DNA from: a virus
Taxonomy: Duplodnaviria > Caudoviricetes
Direction: 5' to 3' (one strand)
DNA length: 30,654 nt
Virus record (IMG/VR): IMGVR_UViG_3300005512_000218
Span: 1-30,654 of that record
Below, piece after piece: positions 25,901 to 30,654 of the stretch. The position numbers and the translations under genes were made by a program. Below the pieces are notes generated by a model. The model saw only the letters and a program-made list of their open reading frames with translations. It was not told where the DNA came from and ran no database searches. Numbering within the stretch: position 1 is the stretch's first letter; each line of letters starts with the position of its first letter.

Positions 25901-27644
25901 GTTCAAGATCGTCTAAAGCACGGTTTACAAAAAGACCTTGAAGCTTTCTAGAACCAAACAAATCTAACGGAAGGTCTTCTAGGAGTCTAAATCCATCTAC
26001 GATCATCTGACCCGGTTGTGTACGAGAGGCAGAAGTAGCCACACCTTTAACTATACGAACACTAGGGCGAACTCCAAATGCACTAGCAAGAGCACCTAAC
26101 ATAGCCCCCGTATCTTGGCTGATTTCATTACCTGCTATGCTAGTAATATAGTTGTAACCAAATGCTTGGGCGTTGGCAACGATAGCTTCATCAACCATCG
26201 TGTTAAAAAAGTATGGGTTTTCAGCACCCGCCAAGTACAGACGATTGTATCTACCCTCTAGTTGGTTTCTTCTCATTTTTGCATCTAGTATAGACATCTT
26301 GTCGCCGCGTATGTTTACTATACGTGTGTCCGGTGCGTCTATGTTTTTAGCCGTATTTAAAATTTTGTCGTAATCCTGTATGTCACGAGCAATAGCGTGC
26401 ATAGCAACGGCTTGCGAATTGTTTTCTAGGGTGTTACCTAGCGCACCAGTGTAACCAAATCGACTACCTACGTTGCTCTTGAATTTAGTAACTCCTTCGT
26501 ACCATTTACCTGTTGCATCTGAAATTCTAAGTTGACGAATAGCGGCAACAGGCGATAGATTTGCAAGAAACGGATTAGCCTTGATTCCGTCTTCCAAGTA
26601 TTTAAGCTGCTTTGCACCTTTGCTGAGATGTCTAAAAGCGATACCAGCAGTGATTGGCGCATCTGTTCCAAAGTAACTAAGAACTTGAGATGTTGCGGGA
26701 AGCTGCTTAAAACCAAAGTCAACCATTTCAGCGGCTATATCTTGATCTACCATAGGTATTTCTATAGATACAGCGTCTTCACCTTCACCTATAGTTCTTG
26801 TAAATTTAGCTTCGTACGCATCTAGTCCGTGTCTAGCTATGTACTTTTCTTTTAAGGAATCATTCAAGGCTTTAGCATAGGATGGGTTTATGCCGACCTG
26901 TTCTTTTAGGATATTACCCCATGTATCAAACATCGCACTGTTTGCTTTCCAGTTTGCATCCCAGTTGCTTTTTTCACCAAATAAATCTACATCTTTATCA
27001 AATGCATCAAAGACAGTTTGTGTAACTGTTCCATCCAAAGTAGCAAGAAACGGAGGAATATCCGCCGCTGCAAACCGACCAAACTCAATCAGCCCAGACC
27101 GGGTAACGTTCCAGAAATCTGTACGAAAATGATCAGACATAAGTTCAACTATTTCTGGATCTACAAGCTTTGCTTCTAAGGTATCTGCTAATTTTATTCT
27201 ATCTTTTGCATACCCTGTCATCAACTGCTTTTCGCTAGGCATCACACCGTAGAACCCGCCCTTGTCGTCGGTTTCAGGCGGGATATCAGGAACCCGCTTT
27301 CCTTCGTCAGTGATCTTTGTTAGGGGTATATCCGCTCTTTGTGTAGCAGTAACCTGTCGCTTTTTGTACGTAGCCAACATAGCGTCAATTCTATCATATG
27401 CTTTTGAATCGTCGGTTTGACCAGACAGAAAAGCTTGCGCCTGTTGAATATCAGCAGGAGATACTTCCATATCACCAATCATGCTGGTTTGACCAGACAG
27501 GATAGAATCCATGTTGACCAGATCTACAGTAGGCTCTTGCTGTGCTTCCTGCTGTATTGTCTGTGCAACGTCACTAGATCCAGTGATTAAACCCCCCGGA
27601 AGAGGTACATTCGCTTCTGGTGTGCGCTGTTGAATTTCAGCCAT
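22968..27644 (-). CDS. Large internal virion (ejection) protein, 1558 aa
   Basis: Size, helical-type composition and position after other probable internal-core genes in a podovirus-like layout; no catalytic motif recognised. Confidence 0.65.
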   Translation of the reverse strand: MAEIQQRTPEANVPLPGGLITGSSDVAQTIQQEAQQEPTVDLVNMDSILSGQTSMIGDMEVSPADIQQAQAFLSGQTDDSKAYDRIDAMLATYKKRQVTATQRADIPLTKITDEGKRVPDIPPETDDKGGFYGVMPSEKQLMTGYAKDRIKLADTLEAKLVDPEIVELMSDHFRTDFWNVTRSGLIEFGRFAAADIPPFLATLDGTVTQTVFDAFDKDVDLFGEKSNWDANWKANSAMFDTWGNILKEQVGINPSYAKALNDSLKEKYIARHGLDAYEAKFTRTIGEGEDAVSIEIPMVDQDIAAEMVDFGFKQLPATSQVLSYFGTDAPITAGIAFRHLSKGAKQLKYLEDGIKANPFLANLSPVAAIRQLRISDATGKWYEGVTKFKSNVGSRFGYTGALGNTLENNSQAVAMHAIARDIQDYDKILNTAKNIDAPDTRIVNIRGDKMSILDAKMRRNQLEGRYNRLYLAGAENPYFFNTMVDEAIVANAQAFGYNYITSIAGNEISQDTGAMLGALASAFGVRPSVRIVKGVATSASRTQPGQMIVDGFRLLEDLPLDLFGSRKLQGLFVNRALDDLEREFLSSTGRPLTGKERAAVYSTAKLMSNIRPDQREMVVRSIDEYNKMRDRIIDSFPEELQDEAKDAFRLSFAHASGLAPLQAMEKASLTNVNLKSIEQAIDVQLQAENSFRMMQLGVNNLRNLIEKSTGMKTTDRQYLDAWIGNFEKAADGQQTLMTKRRQEYLGLIENYRDNALQNPSEKIDGDTLKTLVNLEKTIKGEGKVLNVEEERNILIDNVAALQNALSERLDTIKYLRGGEGFERRMGLELERLYDIQEEKLRLQRGLIYKNAEESLGDDKFIDMSPAFQVLMDKFNVKSAEDFGRLFSGEAFFARTRSAKDAWTAFNTAGERSIRQQLGFDEDDVAELYARMSQPKLKNGNDNPDFIPPQYLGSPESPNYAVMAFHLSTRQADDGEKFIPFMAGAFEADEMKRYFTSIADRTKDETRAIQFTDMANGIEDAIASDPAVAAAVEGARSEYKRSKFDKMRPGSLGDKIDNSRTGPAFEETAEFEYAHPYKANMQPQNWHKDFGIGIDEILQDKTGATGRLQNSVEEFRRYWGDRVEEVTDADGNVTSQFVFDATTEDGMSLWKALQKSAEASVFSSWGSARELNLQEAIRRSASGQDISEGSYKFGVLSKLNNAQEQFTMYVRTKPGEPPQKLNLVDFGDMFEAEADIADLIGLSKEVRKQFDDFRRTVNGETGNLGELAKDEVLKSKRFQNKMERIAGTSDVGDFFEMYIARGTTSSINMLRDTFVDGLVAEVPNMTRQQAINEFNSGMVVMITNGLLRRAEVAPSQTVTFSSIDGGAAVGYKNFDGTTRTRETMTNAAQLVADLENEDTIKILREFMDDEHLQYLHDFAGFMQMASGTSVNRYSSNGVRSISPNEVISRAFNIARGMVSPTYVGAEFAFRVLEKQKISLVQVAAESKEAAQILNRIIAKPETVTDANVKTLGTILTSIAAREAARLSQNKVSEYIPPEAILAATQYERQEQETYEKAVP

Positions 27645-27653
27645 ACTAATTCC

Positions 27654-30032
27654 CTATGCGTTTATCTTGCTGTCGAGCCTGACTAGGTTTCCACTTTGAT
27701 CGATAATAAACCGACCTTCTTCGTACTTTCCGGTTTCGTTGTTTTTAACCCTGCCGCCTGAGTTGGTGCCTGAAAAGGTGTAACGAGGTTGTCCATTTTC
27801 CATCTTGTCTGTTATGTTCATAGTTGAAGATTCAGTACTTGGAGCGAGAGTCTCACCTAAACCTTCAGGTGAACCCGCTGCAGAAGCATCTGGGGCAGCA
27901 GGACTAGATTGTGGTGCAGAAGCATCTGAGGCAGCAGGACTAGATTGTGAAGATGTACCTGCAGCAGACGGTCTAGGTAGTTGATTTGCAGAAATAGTCT
28001 TTGTATTTCCCTGATCGTCCTTGTACATGAATAGTTGATTGCTGTTGCTGTCGTACCTATAGTTACCGTCCGGTGCAAGGGAAAAGTACAAATCTTCGCC
28101 GTTTGGTCCTTTTCGCGTAGACATGTTGATGTCTTGAAAGATCATGTCATCACCAACTCCAGACGCTATCTGTTCTTGATTACGTTTACCCCGGATAGCA
28201 CCTGCTCTATTCATCAAAGAGTCTGCAGCAATAGCCGCATCTATTATCTTTGCATCCATCTGTGAAATTTGTGCGTTTCCTCTGCCGTAGTTTACAAGCA
28301 CATTCATCTTTTGAACGTCACGTTCCATCTCATCGATAACAACCTGTATTTTAGCAAGAGCCTGATCTCTGGTATAGAATCCGGCACCCAAGCGATCCAA
28401 TTGCTGTTGGATATCTTGGTTAGATAAGCGACCAGACGGGTCTGCTGCACGAGCAAGCTGGAAGGCAAGAGAGATACGCATAGCTTCTAATTCTGCCAGA
28501 GAAGTACCATCATCTCCTACTGCATCGCCCTTTGCCGCAACCATTCTATCATAGACAGACAGATCTAACTTGTCTGATTCTAGAGCGGATTCTTTTTCAA
28601 ACCCTGCTCCAAAAACGTCGGATGCTATTGCTGCTCCAATACCTTGATCTCCTGTCCAAACCCCTATGATTCTTTTAAAACTTACATATGGCTCTGGGTC
28701 ACCAACCTCTGCTCTTTTTGCTTTTAGGTTATTTAGTTGATCTAGAGCAGTTTGCTTTGCATCTCTTTGCTGAATCATATAGCCCATAGTAAACTTTTCT
28801 TGTTTACCAGCCAAGTCGGTTCCATACTGTTTTTGTAGAACGTAGTTTTGACGTGACTCACCCCCGTCTTCCTGAACGTAGAATGAAACAGAGGCTGAAC
28901 TTTTTAGCTTGTCGTATCTCATAGACGGGGCTATTGCCATTGTCAATTGCTGAAAATTCTTTGCGTCGGTAGTACGTATAAAATCATCTACAACAAGAAC
29001 GTTATCGTCAGTCATGCGATAGAGGCTACCACTGTCAGGATCTAAACCGTCTACAGGAAAAAAGTTTTGGGCGTGAATTTGCACACTTGCGTTTAGGGCT
29101 TGTTCCTTCTCTTGTACAGAAACACCGGGAACAGCAAAAAACTGTTTGTCCATACTTAATTGATTTCCGTTTCCGTCTATGCCAACCCAGTAATTATAAA
29201 ACTGTCCTTCTTGAAACTTCATCCCTAAAGAGTCACTAACTCGCTTTGTTATGTTGCTAAACGCAGGTAACGATTCCTGCGCTAAGACAACATTACCAAA
29301 AGACAAAGATCCAGTGGTAGGGTCTTTAATTACCTTAGATCCTACTATCTCAAACCCTTCAGGTGCTTTTTCTAATCCTGCCGAATTAACAATTTGTGCG
29401 TATTCTGGAACGTTTATGCCGTGAGAGGACTTACCTATATCTGCATAGTTTGATAGTCCGGGATATATAGCATAAATATCAGGACGCACAAAGTTACCTT
29501 CTTTATTGCCCTGCATCCAAGCACTTCTTTCTTTTGAATATATATCAAATTGGGCACCAGTAATGATAGGTTCAAGCTTTGAATATAGAAGTTCGTCCTC
29601 TTTCAATTTTTTTTGTACATCAGGATCTTGCAACAGAGTGGATGCTTCAGTCAAAATACCGTTTGTATCTTTTAGATCCTTTGCCATTGAAAATCCAAGA
29701 GTGTGCTTAGATCCCTTAATTTCAAAGTTATAATCACCAGCACTTTCTAAGGTACTCTGCAAGCTTGCAAAGTCAATATCAATCGCGTCGGTTGCACGAC
29801 CAAAGATGTCGATATCTGGACGCTCATCTATCTGCTGTTGTGCAGATTTGATAAGCTTGGACACTGAAGCATAACCCGACTTGGTTGCCTTGCCCGTCAA
29901 AACCGACTGGAGAGCAGTTTGTTCGAATGCGTCAATCTTCTGCTGTTCGGCTAACCGACGTGCCTTTTCCTGTTGGATGTTCTGTGTGAAGCCTTTTACA
30001 AGGCCAGTAGCAAACGCTGCGCCAATACCCAT
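27654..30032 (-). CDS. Internal virion (ejection) protein, 792 aa
   Basis: Gly/Ala N-terminus MGIGAAFATGLVKGF followed by coiled coil; SGRLSNQD motif recalled from ejection proteins. Confidence 0.65.
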   Translation of the reverse strand: MGIGAAFATGLVKGFTQNIQQEKARRLAEQQKIDAFEQTALQSVLTGKATKSGYASVSKLIKSAQQQIDERPDIDIFGRATDAIDIDFASLQSTLESAGDYNFEIKGSKHTLGFSMAKDLKDTNGILTEASTLLQDPDVQKKLKEDELLYSKLEPIITGAQFDIYSKERSAWMQGNKEGNFVRPDIYAIYPGLSNYADIGKSSHGINVPEYAQIVNSAGLEKAPEGFEIVGSKVIKDPTTGSLSFGNVVLAQESLPAFSNITKRVSDSLGMKFQEGQFYNYWVGIDGNGNQLSMDKQFFAVPGVSVQEKEQALNASVQIHAQNFFPVDGLDPDSGSLYRMTDDNVLVVDDFIRTTDAKNFQQLTMAIAPSMRYDKLKSSASVSFYVQEDGGESRQNYVLQKQYGTDLAGKQEKFTMGYMIQQRDAKQTALDQLNNLKAKRAEVGDPEPYVSFKRIIGVWTGDQGIGAAIASDVFGAGFEKESALESDKLDLSVYDRMVAAKGDAVGDDGTSLAELEAMRISLAFQLARAADPSGRLSNQDIQQQLDRLGAGFYTRDQALAKIQVVIDEMERDVQKMNVLVNYGRGNAQISQMDAKIIDAAIAADSLMNRAGAIRGKRNQEQIASGVGDDMIFQDINMSTRKGPNGEDLYFSLAPDGNYRYDSNSNQLFMYKDDQGNTKTISANQLPRPSAAGTSSQSSPAASDASAPQSSPAAPDASAAGSPEGLGETLAPSTESSTMNITDKMENGQPRYTFSGTNSGGRVKNNETGKYEEGRFIIDQSGNLVRLDSKINA
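27879..27950. repeat. In-frame 36-bp tandem duplication (QSSPAAxDASA linker)
   Basis: 27879-27914 vs 27915-27950, 34/36 identical. Confidence 0.9.
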
Positions 30033-30035
30033 AGC

Positions 30036-30599
30036 TTACTCCGCCTCTTCCATAGTCGGTTTCATGTTCATAAAGTTTTCTTCTTGTGGCTCTTCTGGAA
30101 TGTAGCCACTACGAATGTCTTCGTTAATCTTTTCACGGATAACAGAGAACATACCCGGATTGTTTTGCTTCATCATACGGAAGAAGGTTTCGTCATCCAT
30201 CTCATCTTTTTCAAGTTCGTTGTCGTTTTCAAAGAAACGGTACGGAATACCTTCCTCTTCAGCCATACCCGCAACAACCATCGCAAGAGGGGCTTTGATC
30301 AGCATACCGACATCCGGTGTGAATTGACCTTCGGAGAATGCCTGAAAAATGTATCCTTCGACAAGCACCTCAACCGACGCGCCGACAATCAACAGCTTCA
30401 TCAATTCACGCTTGTTCTTTTTGCGGTTTAGCTTAGTTATAGCAGCTTGCAAAGCCTGTTGCGGGTCAACAATCTGTGGGGGTTGTCCCCACGGCCACTG
30501 TTGATTGTCGGTTGTTAGGCCGTATCCCGGGGGTGCCATTGCAAACGGGTCTTTTGCCTCTATGCTACCACGAGGGGCTTGTGACGGATCTATTTTCAT
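30036..30599 (-). CDS. Conserved virion-module protein (187 aa)
   Basis: APPGYGLT...WPWGQPPQ motif recalled from marine podovirus structural modules; GGGAG RBS. Confidence 0.65.
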   Translation of the reverse strand: MKIDPSQAPRGSIEAKDPFAMAPPGYGLTTDNQQWPWGQPPQIVDPQQALQAAITKLNRKKNKRELMKLLIVGASVEVLVEGYIFQAFSEGQFTPDVGMLIKAPLAMVVAGMAEEEGIPYRFFENDNELEKDEMDDETFFRMMKQNNPGMFSVIREKINEDIRSGYIPEEPQEENFMNMKPTMEEAE

Positions 30600-30652
30600 T
30601 ATACATCTATCTCCCGTAGTTCGGGCGTTTCAGTAGCAAGTGTCTTGCGTCC
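30599..30652 (-). CDS. 3' end of upstream gene (partial, ...GRKTLATETPELREIDV)
   Basis: Open frame ending in TAATG coupling with the 187-aa gene. Confidence 0.45.
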   Translation of the reverse strand, partial: GRKTLATETPELREIDV

Positions 30653-30654
30653 CT

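Overview
Segment of a marine podovirus-like dsDNA phage genome. The PolA carrying a DnaJ-type zinc finger, the class II RNR and the separate primase and helicase resemble HMO-2011-type phages of alphaproteobacteria (inference, no database search). There are four blocks. (1) 1-4986, minus strand: packaging operon with TerS, three tiny ORFs with shared C-terminal tags, TerL and a 654-aa protein with a tyrosine-recombinase/TopoIB/protelomerase-type catalytic core. (2) ~4990-5800, mostly non-coding hub: divergent sigma70 promoters, a candidate 91-nt sRNA, a triple repeat, a G-run and a terminator. (3) 5805-11647, minus strand: small early/accessory ORFs including wHTH, DUF932-like, Gp88-like and RHH proteins. 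(4) 11761-22501, plus strand: replication and nucleotide module (primase, helicase, HNH, split exonuclease/PolA, putative SSB, PD-(D/E)XK nuclease, endonuclease I, DUF3310, NrdJ), converging on minus-strand internal virion genes (22504-end). No RNA polymerase gene is seen in the window. The most striking unexplained signal is the heptamer AACCGAC/GTCGGTT, about 50 copies counted by eye versus roughly 3-4 expected, in all reading frames and on both strands. It is arrayed three times in the non-coding hub and once inside the candidate sRNA. A dense one-strand TTTGTC cluster at 9253-9480 and the late-operon recombinase are also notable.
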